A stretch of DNA of 64,000 bases, from NCBI RefSeq assembly GCF_009914755.1, contig NC_060936.1; one strand, 5' to 3'. Under the pieces are notes generated by a model. That model did no database searches. It saw only the letters and a program-made list of their open reading frames with translations, and was not told the DNA's origin. Within the stretch, counting starts at the first letter, position 1. Every line of letters starts with the position of its first letter. The position numbers and the translations under genes were made by a program. This DNA comes from the human T2T-CHM13v2.0 reference genome, Homo sapiens. This document shows, one piece after another, positions 16,167-29,280 of the stretch.

Positions 16167-17249
16167 CTGTTTTGATAAAAAAGAAAAAAAAAGGTGAGAG
16201 TGGGCCAGAGATCTTACAAGTATTAGTAGTAGATGCTATGACAGAACCTTTAACATGTGGTCACATGAAATGACTTCAGCTACAACAGGGAGCCCAGGGA
16301 CAATACTGAGAAGGAGAAGCCATTCATTACCATGAGCAGTTTGTACTATGTTCACTTGGTTAACTTGATAATACATTCCCTAGACTCTCTTTCTCTGAAT
16401 TTGTGCCAGATTTCCCAGATAGAGGGAAGGCAGCATGATTAGTCCCTGAAGATCATCACAGTTAGATGTGGTAAAGAGGGACCAATAGGTTTCAATGTAT
16501 TCTTATTCTTTCCCTCCCTAGGCCCAGCTTTTCTTCCCAAATGCCAGCCCTGCTGACTAACAGAGGTCTGAGGCCCATCATCTGACACCTGGCTATAAGC
16601 CTACTAAAGTGGTAGCTATGCAGAGTGCAGAGGTAATAATCTTCCACAGATTCTTCTGTCAGCTCCTCTGCATGGTTGGTGCACTTGGGCAGCTGAGGGT
16701 CCCTCGCTTCCCAGACCTTTGCAAGCTCACATTTATACACCCCTAATCATGCTTCAGAACTGGCTAGTAATTTTCTCTCACCTGTCAACTCCTCCTGATG
16801 GCCTCTTACTTTTCTAGCTTCTCTCACAGTTTTGTAAGGTGTTATTCCTACAATATAATACTATTCTGTGATTTTGATGGCAGTTCTGACGAGTTTTGGG
16901 AACCATGTTTTGTGATAGGACTTCTCAGCCATGGCATAAAATATTTAATTTACATTACAAAATCCACATAACTGATAACTAATAAGATGGCTTCAATGTC
17001 TGACTTAGTAATCAACTATGGTTGAGTACTGACTAGATCAATTGTGTTAAAGTTTAGTTGACTACCATACTTAGTTGAACTATAGTTTAGTTGATTACTA
17101 AATTATATGGTTTAGGAATCATAGTTGATTAGAGTAGTATAGGTGTAGGTTATAGACAACCATAAAATAATCCCTGGAAATACTTTCAGTTATAAAATAT
17201 AAAAAACATACATAGTGTATGTAGCTGACACAATGTATTGGATAACAAT

Positions 17250-17440
17250 TTATGTTTGAGTATCAATTCAAATCTTTCCTACCCCTTAATGACTCTGTGA
17301 TTTTTTTAAGTTACTAACTTTTCCAGTACTGATATGCTCATTTGCAAAATGGGAATAATAATAGTATCTGTCCCAGAGGGGCATTGTGAGAATTAAATGA
17401 GGTAGTACATAAAAAGCACTTAGCAAATATATGGGTAAAT
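17250..17440. mobile_element. MIR
   Basis: CTCATTTGCAAAATGGGAATAATAATAGTA..TTGTGAGAATTAAATGA core. Confidence 0.75.
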
Positions 17441-17561
17441 TTAAAAGCTTGCTAATTTTCAACTATTGTATGCTAGACCTTTGATTCTTACCTATATGTA
17501 AAAATTATCTAATCTTAAATACTCTGACGTTATAAATGCCTTACACATAGAGCATTCTTAC

Positions 17562-17730
17562 CATATTCATTCATCTCAAATGAGTGCTGTATTTTCTTCC
17601 CTGACTCTCTCTGCAGCATGATCTTGTGGGAACCCAGAATGGGCTCCACTGATAGCGGGAAAGAGAGTTGGTTGAGTCCCCCTTGCAATTTGAGACTTTG
17701 CCTTTGGAAAATTTGGTTCTTCCTGGGGTC
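17562..17730 (-). pseudogene. A2MP1: A2M-like exon 6
   Basis: DPRKNQIFQRQSLKLQGGLNQLSFPLSVEPILGSHKI...HSFEMNEY; 169 nt. Confidence 0.92.
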
Positions 17731-18183
17731 CTATAGGTAAAAATATTATGAGTTCATAGAAACAATTGAAATATATACCTTTGAGTAGAAGGGCAGCTTT
17801 GCGGGTAAGAACGACACAGGCAGCTGTATCACAGATGGTTGGTAAATTGGCCCAAAGGTATTAGCAAAGTTTTATAGGAATTCCAACCTGAGATAAGGGC
17901 AATAAGTTTACTAGCTATGAGATATTACAGATAACATTTCGTACTGATGCCTCTTTTTGGTATTATGTATATTTATTTTGGTCAGAAATATTGGATGAGT
18001 CACTAAATTGCATCATCTCAAGAAATGTTCCTGCATTTACATGTTATCCACTTAGAATTTAAAGTGGACAGAAAAACAGTATTTGTTTAGCTTTGGTGAA
18101 ATGGTGAGGGAAGGGAGAGAGGCAATTTAATGTAACTTGTAGAGAGTCCTCATTCCAGTTGTAATGTACAACATACCACTTAC

Positions 18184-18204
18184 CTCAATATAAACCACCG
18201 GAAA
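18184..18204 (-). pseudogene. A2MP1: A2M-like microexon 5
   Basis: ttttcag|FPVVYIE|gtaagt; 21 nt as in A2M. Confidence 0.85.
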
Positions 18205-18751
18205 CTGAAAAGAAAAAAAGATAGTATGAGCACATGGTAGAATATAGAAGGAGAAAACCATGACACCAGCACTGACAGAGTATATGGGCCAGAGAAAGTA
18301 AGTCTCTATATTCCAAATGAGGAAATACCCCATTTGGTTCACAGCACTTTGTATGTTTAGTTTGGGACATACATCTTTCACGAAGTCATGACTTTCCTAT
18401 TGTTAAATAACATACAATTGAGGAAACCTATTTAGATAAAAAGGTCCGAATAATAAGTTTATTATTATTTCACAGATTATATTTGTTTAAGAGGGAAATC
18501 AAATTCACACATTTATTCAATGAAAGTAACTGGAATCTTTAAGAGGACAGCTTCAACTGCATACTGAATTCATTTTAAGAATGCAGTTTATGGAGTGCCT
18601 TGATTCTGACATCCCTTATTCTTCTAGCAGAGATACCCTTATGAGATCTTCATGTGGTGGGCTTAAAATACCTCTTTAACTGGTCTCAAGTTTCCCAAAA
18701 GAATAGGCCTTCCTTTTTCCCTCAGCCATCACCCATCATTACGAGACTCAC

Positions 18752-18804
18752 CATTTCATCCAAAGGGTGGAAATTGACATCCGTAGAGACAACACGGAAT
18801 TTCA
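18752..18804 (-). pseudogene. A2MP1: A2M-like exon 4
   Basis: VKFRVVSTDVNFHPLDEM; 53 nt; AG/GT. Confidence 0.9.
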
Positions 18805-18950
18805 CTGAAACAGAGGTATTTTCCTGTGAAATCACCCCGTGGAGCCTGGGGTAGTAATAGCATGCCTGAATTCCCAGGATTGCAGAATAAAGTAATAAAG
18901 AAGCTCCTCCCCTCTCCCAAAGTTCCCCTTGCTCATTTGATTCCTCATAC

Positions 18951-19104
18951 CTGTTTGTCCTGGTTTGTATATGGGTTTGTCTGTCTGGACAAAGACTAGG
19001 TTCTCTGCTGTAGTTATATATATTGATTTGCTCTTTGTGAAATGCAGAGTTGCCCCCTCTACCTCCACAGCAATGACCACCCAGGAAGATGGTAATTCTG
19101 GAAT
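18951..19104 (-). pseudogene. A2MP1: A2M-like exon 3
   Basis: IPELPSS...ENLVFVQTDKPIYKPGQT; AG/GT boundaries. Confidence 0.92.
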
Positions 19105-19429
19105 CTGTAAAACAGAAATGAGCTGAAGAATCTGCCCAGACTTACTTCTGAATTTCTCAGCCATTAGGAGTTTCTGTCTTCCTGGTTAGTCCCTGAGAAT
19201 TAGTAAGGGACAAAGTCAAGGATAATGCTCCTTGTCTTAAAAGTAGATTATTATGATGTTGTAACATGACAGTAACATGATTGAAGGAGAAAATATTGCA
19301 ATAAAATGAGCTAATTCTTCAAGCCAGTTATGACTGAAATGGGATGCTTGCATTTTCACAGCAAAATGGTGATATTAAAATAATTATTAAATTTTATTTT
19401 TCAAAGGTCAACAACATTATATATTATCT

Positions 19430-19753
<324 letters not shown>

Positions 19754-20150
19754 TTAAACAATTAATACCTTAAGTAGTAAAAGATTAAAAGGACAATACA
19801 TCCACTATCAACCATTGGTGAGATCTTAGATAAGTTATTTGACTTTATAAATCTCAGTGTTTCTATCTGTAATGGTATGAATATTATTTACCTCAGAAGT
19901 TTAAGATCAGATTAAATCCTTTCTATAACTACTGTTAAATTTTATGCATGGCACTCTGTTTGTAAATATCATGTAAGCTGTGAGCATATTCAGTAGAACT
20001 TCCATTCTTAAAATCTAAATTGAGATTCACTCTGTACTTCTTATTTTTCTTTCATTATGCATTTTTTATTTTCAAAGGATTAGAACCAAAGGTATCAGCT
20101 AATGTGCTCTTTCTCTATCCAGCTCCCTTATTTCAAGGATCAGTACTGAC

Positions 20151-20334
20151 CATGAAGGAACTGCAGTAGAAATAGTTCCTCTTCGTCACCAGGTCTGTGA
20201 GGAGGGATCTCTTCTGCATTTTGTACATCAGAGTTACTTTCAGTGCCACCATCTCATTCAGGTGATTAAGGATGACACAGGTCTTTTCAGGAACTCCAGT
20301 GTAGAGGTGTGATGGGACCAGCACTAGGTACTAC
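20151..20334 (-). pseudogene. A2MP1: A2M-like exon 2 with in-frame TAG at 20331-20333
   Basis: ccacag|G TAG TAC CTA GTG CTG GTC CCA... YLVLVPSHLYTGVPEKTCVILNHLNE...SFM|gtcagt; 184 nt. Confidence 0.92.
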
Positions 20335-20819
20335 CTGTGGAGGGGAGAAGTCCAGATTAACTATGGAGGGGTCAAAAAGACATCATTATTATGGCCATTT
20401 TCTAAATAATCTTTGCTTTTGTCACCAATCATAGAACAGAGACAGATTTTAGCAGGAGTGTATTCTCCAAAGGCCAACCCAAAAGATCTGAGGAACTGAG
20501 AAAACCAGAAGTTAAACCCCAGATATGCTTCTCTTCTGTTGTGAAGTACTCACCCACATAATATTAGCAAAGCTGTCAATAGCCATGGGTAAGCAATCCA
20601 TGAGTTATTATATATTTTGGATAAAAATTTCATAATTTCAATATGCAAATCAATCAACAAATCATCATTGAAAGCATTAAGAACCTCTCTGCATGCGGTC
20701 TTGGGTTTTGCATGGATGATACTACAGATCTCTTTGTTCCAGGAAACTAGGAAAAATATAACATTTAATACATGGGGAGAAGCTGAATTGCTTTTCAGTA
20801 TGACCTTGGGAGCAGGGCC

Positions 20820-20881
20820 TTTTCTTTCTTTAGCTCTTTTCTTTTCTTTTCTTTTCTTTTCTTTTCTTTCTTTAGCTCTTT
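20820..20881 (+). repeat. (TTTTC)n simple repeat
   Basis: Direct reading. Confidence 0.85.
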
Positions 20882-21738
20882 GGTGATGGAGACGAGGCAA
20901 GCTGAGCCAGGCTAATCACCAGACATATTGCCATATACACCCAGAGGAAAATACCACTCTCCTCTCACCAATTGCCTCTCACAAGCACCCAGACACACTA
21001 CATCTGGGGATGCTGTACGTGTACACACTCTTCTCTCTCTTCCTGAGTGTCCCTGTCTACCCAGAAAACTTCTGTTTGCTTCATAACACATATCTCAAAA
21101 GTGACTTTCTCTGTGCAGAATTTGGTGAAGCCCTCTCTCTTACATCAGGCCTCATGAAGAGTGGTCATTCTTTGGAAGTATTCTGACAGAATCCTGCAAT
21201 GCCTGCTTCTGTTTTTCTTCTATAGTTCATTCTCTGTGCACCATCTCTCTACTTTTCCATACTGTGAGGTGTTGAGGGCGGCGTCTGAATTTTGCTAATC
21301 TGTAGATTCCCAAGACCCAATGCCAGCTCCTAAAGGTGTGCCAAAGGATTGAGTGAACTGACACACAAATCCTGGCTTGTCTGTAGAGCATACATTCATC
21401 TTGGCAATCCCTTATTTGAGGAAAACACAGATACTGAGTCATTTCACAATTGTCACGACGTGCAATCCATTTTATGAATCAATAAAAAAATGTATCCCTT
21501 TTTGGGTAGGAATTCTATATTCTTTTTTGGTAAATGTTTCATAGATGTTGCTGCCTTATGTCTGTGACTTTCCTGAAATTGGAGGATGTCTCTTTCCACA
21601 TGAGTAGTAATGACTTGCTGATACTTCCTGGCCCTTTTGACAGCAGAAAATTGTGTAGGGAATTAGGAAATACAGATCAAAGAGATAATAGAACGGGAAA
21701 AAAGGAGGACAATTTAATTTTCTGGAAATAATGCTTAT

Positions 21739-21818
21739 GGTTCTGCAGCAGCTGCAGCATCACTGGGAAGGAGCAGGAAAAGCAGGATCAAGACTGGCGG
21801 GGGCAGTTGATTTCCCAT
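21739..21818 (-). pseudogene. A2MP1: A2M-like exon 1 (signal peptide MGNQLPPPVLILLFLLLPSDAAAAAEP); donor mutated
   Basis: ATG at 21818, hydrophobic core like A2M MGKNKLLHPSLVLLLLVLLPTDA; ends CC|ataagc instead of CC|gtaagc. Confidence 0.88.
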
Positions 21819-24800
21819 CACGGTACAGAAAGGAAGAGGGCAGAATGGGAGCCTGAGCCCTCGATTCTTTTAACCCTGTTCTTGCTCCAACTCACTGGTT
21901 TTTATTTCATCTGATGGGCAGTGAAAGTAAACTGCCAATCATTTATTTTTGTAACATATTAACTACTTCCAGCATAAAAAAATCAATTCCAGATCATTTT
22001 CATGACCATATGTATTAATTTATCCACTTTCCCAAATTTTCTAAATTCCTGAAAAATAGTAGTTTGAGGCTACCACTAGCTCAGGTCATTAATCAGTTTT
22101 AAAACTATTTTCATGAAAACACAAAACAAATTACATGGTTTGATGAAATAAACCAATATTCTTGCAGTTTTAAAAAGAGGTATTAATGTAAATCCATATC
22201 CCAAATATGTTTTGGTAGTCTAGGGAGCACAACATACATTCTTCACCCAAGATTCATCCTAACTGGCTCTTCAGTGAAACAAGGAAGTGAAATCTGTCAT
22301 AGAATTTTAAATAAGACAAGTTTGGGAGCAACCTCTCCATTGCTTGAAAGATTCACTTTTGATCTGTATAAGTATTCTTATATTTACTATTTTAAAAAGG
22401 GCAGTTCATTGGGTATAACAACATATGTAATATATAATTACTGTTTCTTAATTCATTCAACATCTAGAATATAAATTCAGTTAATTTATTTTATTCTCTA
22501 AGAAAGTGATCTCTCTCTGATGAACATTCTTATTTAATTTTATCCTGAGTGATAGAAAATATTTTATCAACAGTGATGCATCATCCTATTTGCTTTCCAA
22601 AGGGGATTCAGATGTTAGAATTTATTTTTATGGAACACTGAAAATAAGAAAGGTCCCATTGTTAAATTAATAAAACTAGGGCCTTATAAAATTGAAGTCT
22701 GGATATTTTGAATAAAGAACTGATTTCAACTATAAAATAAGATGTGAAGAGAAATAGGCACTTCTGAGAACGGGGAATATTTTACTGTGTTCCTTTCTAA
22801 ATTGGGGCTAGGCAGATCTTGACATACACTTTTCTATATGACCTGAAAGAGTGATGGAGAAGTAAAGATGATGTATGTGACAACCCTTGGTGGACTGCAA
22901 AACTGTAGATATGTAAGCTATTAAAATTCCAATGATGATAAACTATGGCTAAAAAAAATGCCAAGTCAAATGGAATAAACTGTAGTAATACATTGTGTTG
23001 GCCCTTGTAGTCGACAAATGCTTGCTTGGGTAATTGTAAAACTCTTCTGCTTTATTTTGGCTCCATTTGTATGCTCTCTTACTTCCACTCATCTTCCCAG
23101 CTCTTCCCACATCCCACCCTCACCCCTAGATTACCATAAACGTGCTTATTCTCTATCAGTTTAATATGGGATAAATTAACCTATAATAAGCAGTAAATGA
23201 CTTTTAAGAGGTCTCTATATCACTTTTTCCAGGCATGATCATACTTTTTAGATACGTACCAAACCTGTATTTGACCAAATGCTGAATGACTAAACATAAA
23301 ATCCTTTTTTGTACGTATGAAGCAAAAATTGTCATCACAGTTTGAACTTCTGGAATAGAAGAATAAATCTCAAGAATTATCAGAATTTTATCATTTTAAT
23401 TTTTAATTAAAATATTTTAGTTGATACATTTGAAACATTTGACATTATAGGGTAAACACAATACTTTCTCAGCACTGTCAGCTAAGGCTTCTATACTCTT
23501 GGGATCTTCAAACATTTTCCTTGTATTCCTTAAAAGAATTTTATTAAACATGTAATATCTTACATACACTTGACATCTAAAGTGTCTACACTAAAATAAG
23601 TGTAGTATAATACTGATGTTTAAAAAATAAAATGTAATACCACTTTTTAAATGTATCCGATGAAATGTAGACACTGCAGTGATTTTTTTTGGCCACCACC
23701 GTTCCTGTAAAACACACATGAACACTTTTTTCACCAGCAGGAAATTTTATATCACTCTTGTTTCTTTTTGGTCTTATATTTTCATTCTACTTCCTCAGGT
23801 AATTTTATCCTGGAGTTGCATACTTCAATATATTTTATTGATCGCCCTATTATATGTTTCTGCAACTAAAGATCATCAAAGATTATTATAAAAATATTCT
23901 TGAGCCTGTAAAGTTCTAATTAGTAATAAATGTTTTCTAGGTTGCATTATCATTAAAATTATTATCAATATACTATTTATAAAATTATATATCTGCTATA
24001 ATCTTAATAGATATTAAAAATGAGAACATTTTGTTCAAAAATAATTTTTTAGTGAAATAAATCATGTATTCCAGCTGGCTCCCTAAGATTGTGTATTCTT
24101 GGATGAATATTGCTTATTGCTGGATTAAAACAAGTTTCATCTATTCTCTATTTGTTCTACCCTGCTCTATTTCAATTCTAGAATATTGCTATTCTGTTTT
24201 CTATTGTATAGATGTAAGCACTAAGGAAACCTGTTCACATAAAGAGAGAAATAGAAATAGGGGACGTTCTATTATAACAATGTTATCTAATTATTTAGGC
24301 TTCCATGTTAAAAGCCAAAGGTCACATTATAACCATTAAAAATTACTTTTAATTATCTATCAGCTGATAAGTCCTCTGTAATTTTATTGAAAGCAAAGTG
24401 CTAAACCAGGTCAATTGCAACAGGATTTGGAAATCAGCCATTATGATCATTCTTATTCTCGGTTCCTAGAAAGTATTCAATAAAGGCTTAAAAGGACTTA
24501 TAAACGGCCACCAATCATTACTTTCTTACTTAAAAACACAACTTTTACCAAATATACTCAGAAAGTTTGGAAATTTTGAAATATCATTTATTTTAATATA
24601 CTTTGTCAATATAAAGCCTCATAAAAGGCTTTTATCTGATCAGAACCATAACCTGCACATTTAGCTCATTTCATTTAAAGGAAGTCTCCACCAGTAACCT
24701 GATTTGCAAAGCCAGTCCTTATTGTCAAAATAACCAGTCAAACTGGACTTATTTCTAACAGAAAAAAATGTTGCATTATTTTTAATTTCAATAAACTCAC

Positions 24801-26399
24801 TAATATATATTCCCGGGATGACTCTCCCACTTTGCAATTCTAAGATGAAGAGTTGTGCTGAATATTTGTTACCTAGATGAAGTAAGACAACCCTACTTTG
24901 GTATTTCTTTCCATGCTTTCTGCTTTATTCTTATGGAACTCTCAGGGGGAATACAACATTGACAAGAGTTGGAAAAGGGAAGAGGGGAATTTTAAATGTG
25001 AATTGTAATCATTTCTGTCACCTCTACAATATGTATGAGTACTGAAAATTTCAGAACAGGCCAAAAGAATCAATTTCTAACATCATGTTTTTCTTATACC
25101 AGAAATTGTTTTAAGACAGATGGGTATATGATACCTACAATGGGCTTATGATGCCTTGATTAAGAGAGTTTGTGCAAAAGAGAATTTGTGCAAATATTAA
25201 TATTTTGATTTATCTTTTTGTAAGAGACAAGCAAGGCGTTTTTCACTCCAAGATACATCTAAAATACATATTATAACTGAAAGAGAAAATGTATATTAAA
25301 ATCAACTCATAAGTTATGCCTTGATTATATTACAGCATGATGACAGTGGTTTTATAACATTGCTTACAACAATCGTAAGATTATTGATCATTCATAATTT
25401 CAAGGATCCCAGAAATGACACTGACATAAACTGAGGGCAAAGCTGACTGTAACTAAAAGATTTTAGCCAAATGTCAAAGTCAAAGATAAATGTCATAGCG
25501 CCCTAACAAATAGTATATGTTTATCAAAAGCGATAAACCTGGAGATGTCATCACAACAACAAAAACTTTCATGAAAAAGACAAGACAAAGGTAAGTTACG
25601 ACTGTAATTGTAGCATTAAATATAGGGACTAGAAGAGAAGAGATATATGTGAAAAAAGTTGACTTTGTAATTGAGAATAGTTTTGATACATTAATTGTAT
25701 AACAGATTTTTCAAATGATCCAAAATAAAGCTACTTTTCAAAGGAACTCTACAAAAGACATTATTACCTTTGGACATATTTCTAAACCAACTTTATTTTC
25801 AAAGAGAAATGTGTTTACGAAGCATTGAGCAACTTTGGGTGGGTTGAGACCGAAAGTATCCTTGCCACTTGAGTATACATTGGGGGAGGCAGAGCTGGAA
25901 TCACTGGCATATGTGGAATGAAATTAATGCATGTATTAGCACATAAGGGATGTGAATAGCAATACTTTTCATAAACAAAAAAAGCAGGATTATTGGTTGT
26001 AAAATTTATCTACCATGTTAATATGCTGAATAATCCTGTACGTTTTCTATCCTTGTGAATACTTGGGCTGGCAGAGAACAGGCTGGAAAAATCAGGAGAT
26101 TACAGACTACGTTTCCATCCTTCAAGTATTTCCCTGCATGGATACTGAGACGTAGAACAAATGATAAAAAGAACATGATGAATGTGCTTTTTGTCTTATT
26201 AGAAAGACTCACACTTAATATGACACTATATTAATATTCAGAGATCAGGCCAGTGGGCTTGTCAACTGAGCTGTAATTCCACCAGCCTGCTTTAGTCAAT
26301 ACTGCAATGGCGCTTCCTTCTATACATATTATTAGAAACTGCCCTAGTGGAAAATAATCTTCTACCAGCCCAGTCTTGCTTTTTATATTAGAATTAAAA

Positions 26400-27090
26400 T
26401 TTTTATTCATTAAAAACATTATTAGGAGAGTGAAAGGAAAAGTCACAGAGAAGAAAAAGATATTTTCTGTATATATAATTGACAAGTGCTTATACCCAGA
26501 ATATATTGAAGACTTCCAGAAATAAATTAGAAAAAGACCTAGCACCTTACACAAAACATCCAAATAGCTAATAAATATATGAAAAGGTACTTGGTCTCCA
26601 GAGAAATGCAAATTAATACCACAATGAAATCTCTACATATCCTCCAAAATGGTTAAAGTTAAGATTCATAATGCCAAGTTTTAGTGAGGATGTGGAGCAA
26701 CCGAATCTCTCATCCAATTGTGAAAATGAATCATCATTATCTACTAGAATTCATCATCCACAGAGCCTCTGTCCCAGCAATTTTTACCGCTACATAAATA
26801 CCCAGGAGAGTGACAGCAAATGTGCAAAAAGTCACGTATAAGAACATTTGCGGTTGCATTATTTGTAATAGCTCTAAATTGAAAACAACTCAAATGTCCC
26901 ACAACAGGATATGTAAATTGTGGCATATTCATACAATTAAAACTTTATAGTGTTTTTCAATGAAATAGAATAATGTTAACTGCATCAGTGTCAATGAATC
27001 CCATGAATATAGAACTGAGCAAAAGATTCCACATACACACACACAAACACGTATACACAAACACATTACAAATCATATAATTCTATTTAC
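26400..27090 (+). mobile_element. Old L1ME/MC 3' fragment (approximate)
   Basis: AGAAATGCAAATTAATACCACAATGA, GAGGATGTGGAGCAAC, CATTATTTGTAATAGC. Confidence 0.75.
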
Positions 27091-27961
27091 AGAAACACTG
27101 GTGTGTTCATTCTAAGTCATCCAGACTAGTCTTCTTTCTTGCTCTTAGTGAATCACCAATGGAAGTTTTGCTCAGGAGAATGAAATGTCCCATACTTGTA
27201 CATGCAAACACTGGGATCCCCAGTTACCACAACCCCAACCTGATGGGTCTCCTACCTTCACCTCCTCAGCCATACTAAACTCCTTGCTTTTCTTTGGCAG
27301 TTGAGAATCTTTCTACTTGACTTGAAGCCTTCACACCTTTTATTATCTTCTGTTGTATTGTTCTTCTGTATATGTTCTGATAGCTAACTTCCTTACTGCC
27401 TTAAACCTTTGCTCATCTATCAGCTTCTCAATGAGGTCTACCCTGATCACAGCATTTAAAACTGCAAAGTCTAACCCCAATCTTATGATACTCTTGATCT
27501 CCCTTGCTGTGCCTTTTTAAAAATAACATTTGTCATTTTATGACATGTTATAAAATGAACTTACTTATATTTCTTGTTTATTGCCTGTCTCTCCTCTCTG
27601 GAATATAAGGCAGAGATGTCTTGTTTTTCACTGTTTCTTATTATTCAGAAGTATATCCACTAATAACAAGCATTCAATAATTATTTGTTGAATAAATAAA
27701 TGAAAAGAATTATGTGCCCATGAGAAACAACACTTGCTTTTTCTTTCTTAAAAGTATATAAAAAGATGAATGGATAAATTGAATTGTATGCATATATTTA
27801 ATATAGAATGAAGCAATAATATTTCAAGGAGAATGACTTAAGAATAACTTCAGATGATGTGAAGTCAGTCTTTGTACAAGCAATCACATAACAGAGTCAA
27901 TTATATAGTTTTATCAGCAGATCACAGGGCCTTCTTTCTCTTTTGTTAGTGACATAGATGA

Positions 27962-27963
<2 letters not shown>

Positions 27964-27992
<29 letters not shown>
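27964..27992 (+). repeat. (CA)n microsatellite
   Basis: Direct reading. Confidence 0.95.
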
Positions 27993-27997
<5 letters not shown>

Positions 27998-28119
27998 TCT
28001 GTATAATCATTAAAAATGTCACTTAATGTAAGAAAGAATGCGGTTCTCATTTACATTCTTCTAGTTTATTATTATTTCTTGAGAAAATATTGCTGGGTTC
28101 ATTATAAAATAGATTCTGG

Positions 28120-28620
28120 CTGTTGCGTGTTAGCGCGCGTCCCGGAGTGCGCATGCGCAACGGCGGGGGTTGTTCCGGCAGCCTTTCACTGAGGCCACCC
28201 GCCAGTTTCAAATTCAGTGGCGTTTGCCCTGATTCCCGGGGCCTGGCTTTCAGCGTAGCAATTCTGCCGGCGAAGAAGGTGAGCGCAGTGCTGTGTGGCA
28301 GCAGAGGTCCTTAGGACGAGGAACAGCGGGACGAGGAAGGGCAGACTGGTGAAATCGCAAACTGGGCGTCTGTTCCGGCACCGGACCCCTGTTTGCAAAG
28401 GTGGGTGGCCCGTCCGGAGCGGAAAAACATTCCGGAAGTGGAGGGCCGGGCCAGCGTGATTGACAAGCGGGAACCCCTGTGTGGGGACGGGGCAGGCCTA
28501 GGAAGGTTGTGCCTGCGGTGGAACGGGGCGGTGCGCAGGAGTCGGCATTAACAGCAGCCGCGTGTCTGGGTCTTAGATTTGGCCTAGCTGTGTTGAGCTT
28601 TTCATGGATTATGTTACGTA
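28120..28620 (+). promoter_or_regulatory. CpG-island promoter of the DDX11 copy, with NRF1 palindrome TGCGCATGCGCA (28148-28159) and ETS-type CCGGAA motifs
   Basis: Sudden rise in CpG density; perfect NRF1 consensus; CCGGAAGT at 28432-28439. Confidence 0.8.
28160..28400 (+). pseudogene. DDX12B: DDX11-like non-coding exon 1 (start approximate)
   Basis: Ends TTTGCAAAG|gtgggt; alternative donor AAG|gtgagc after 28278. Confidence 0.7.
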
Positions 28621-29139
28621 GATAAGACACTGCAACAGTGAGTGAGCGCTTGTAACCCACCTGTCTCTTACAGAAACTGAGCCCCAGCGATACTAACTTT
28701 AGCAAGGATACAGCTGGGATCCTAAACTTGGCGATCAGAGCCCAGAGCCGATAAAGTTAGCTGCGTGAGTCTAGCTTCCCCCGGGGCGGGAATCGAGGCG
28801 GAGCAGGGTACAGTACGGAGGCCAGGGATGAGTGCAGTTGACCAGATTGTTGACGGAAGTGTCATAAAAGTGGACTTAAATGTTGATAAGCAGCTGGTTG
28901 GGTTCCACACAGGTTGCGAGCTCAGGATGCACGTTGGAGGGGACACAGGGCCAGAGCAAGGTGGGAATGCGGGTATTATGGGCCAGGCCATCCTCCAGCT
29001 GGTGGAGCACCGCAGCACTGCAGTGTGTGGCCCTGGCTTAACAGCAGTGCGGAAAAGCTTTTCTCTTGGGGCTGTGGTGCTTTCCAGGTGTGTGAAGTTA
29101 AAACATTTTAGGGCCATACGGTAAGTAGTACCTGCCACA

Positions 29140-29280
29140 TAGTTGTCTTGGTCAGCCCCGGCTGCCGTGACAAAATACCATAAACTGGGTGGCTTAGACA
29201 CAGAAATGTGTTTTCTCACAGTCCCAGAGGCTTGGGATGTCCAAGATCAATGTGGGGAGGACACAACTGAGCCCACAACA
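29140..29280 (-). mobile_element. MLT1/MST LTR fragment (internally deleted)
   Basis: GCTGCCGTGACAAAATACCATAAACTGGGTGGCTTA..TCCAAGATCAA. Confidence 0.65.

Noticed and set aside
17005-17165. CRISPR-like repeat-spacer interpretation
   Set aside because: Eukaryotic context; repeats are 7-14 bp and irregular, with no cas genes.
24868-24916. Minus-strand ATG...TAG|gtaaca exon-like segment (MERNTKVGLSYFI*)
   Set aside because: Ends in a stop at the donor and matches nothing I recognise.
28250-29219. 151-aa and 165-aa minus-strand ORFs near the promoter
   Set aside because: CpG-island and LTR-derived sequence with no coding signature.
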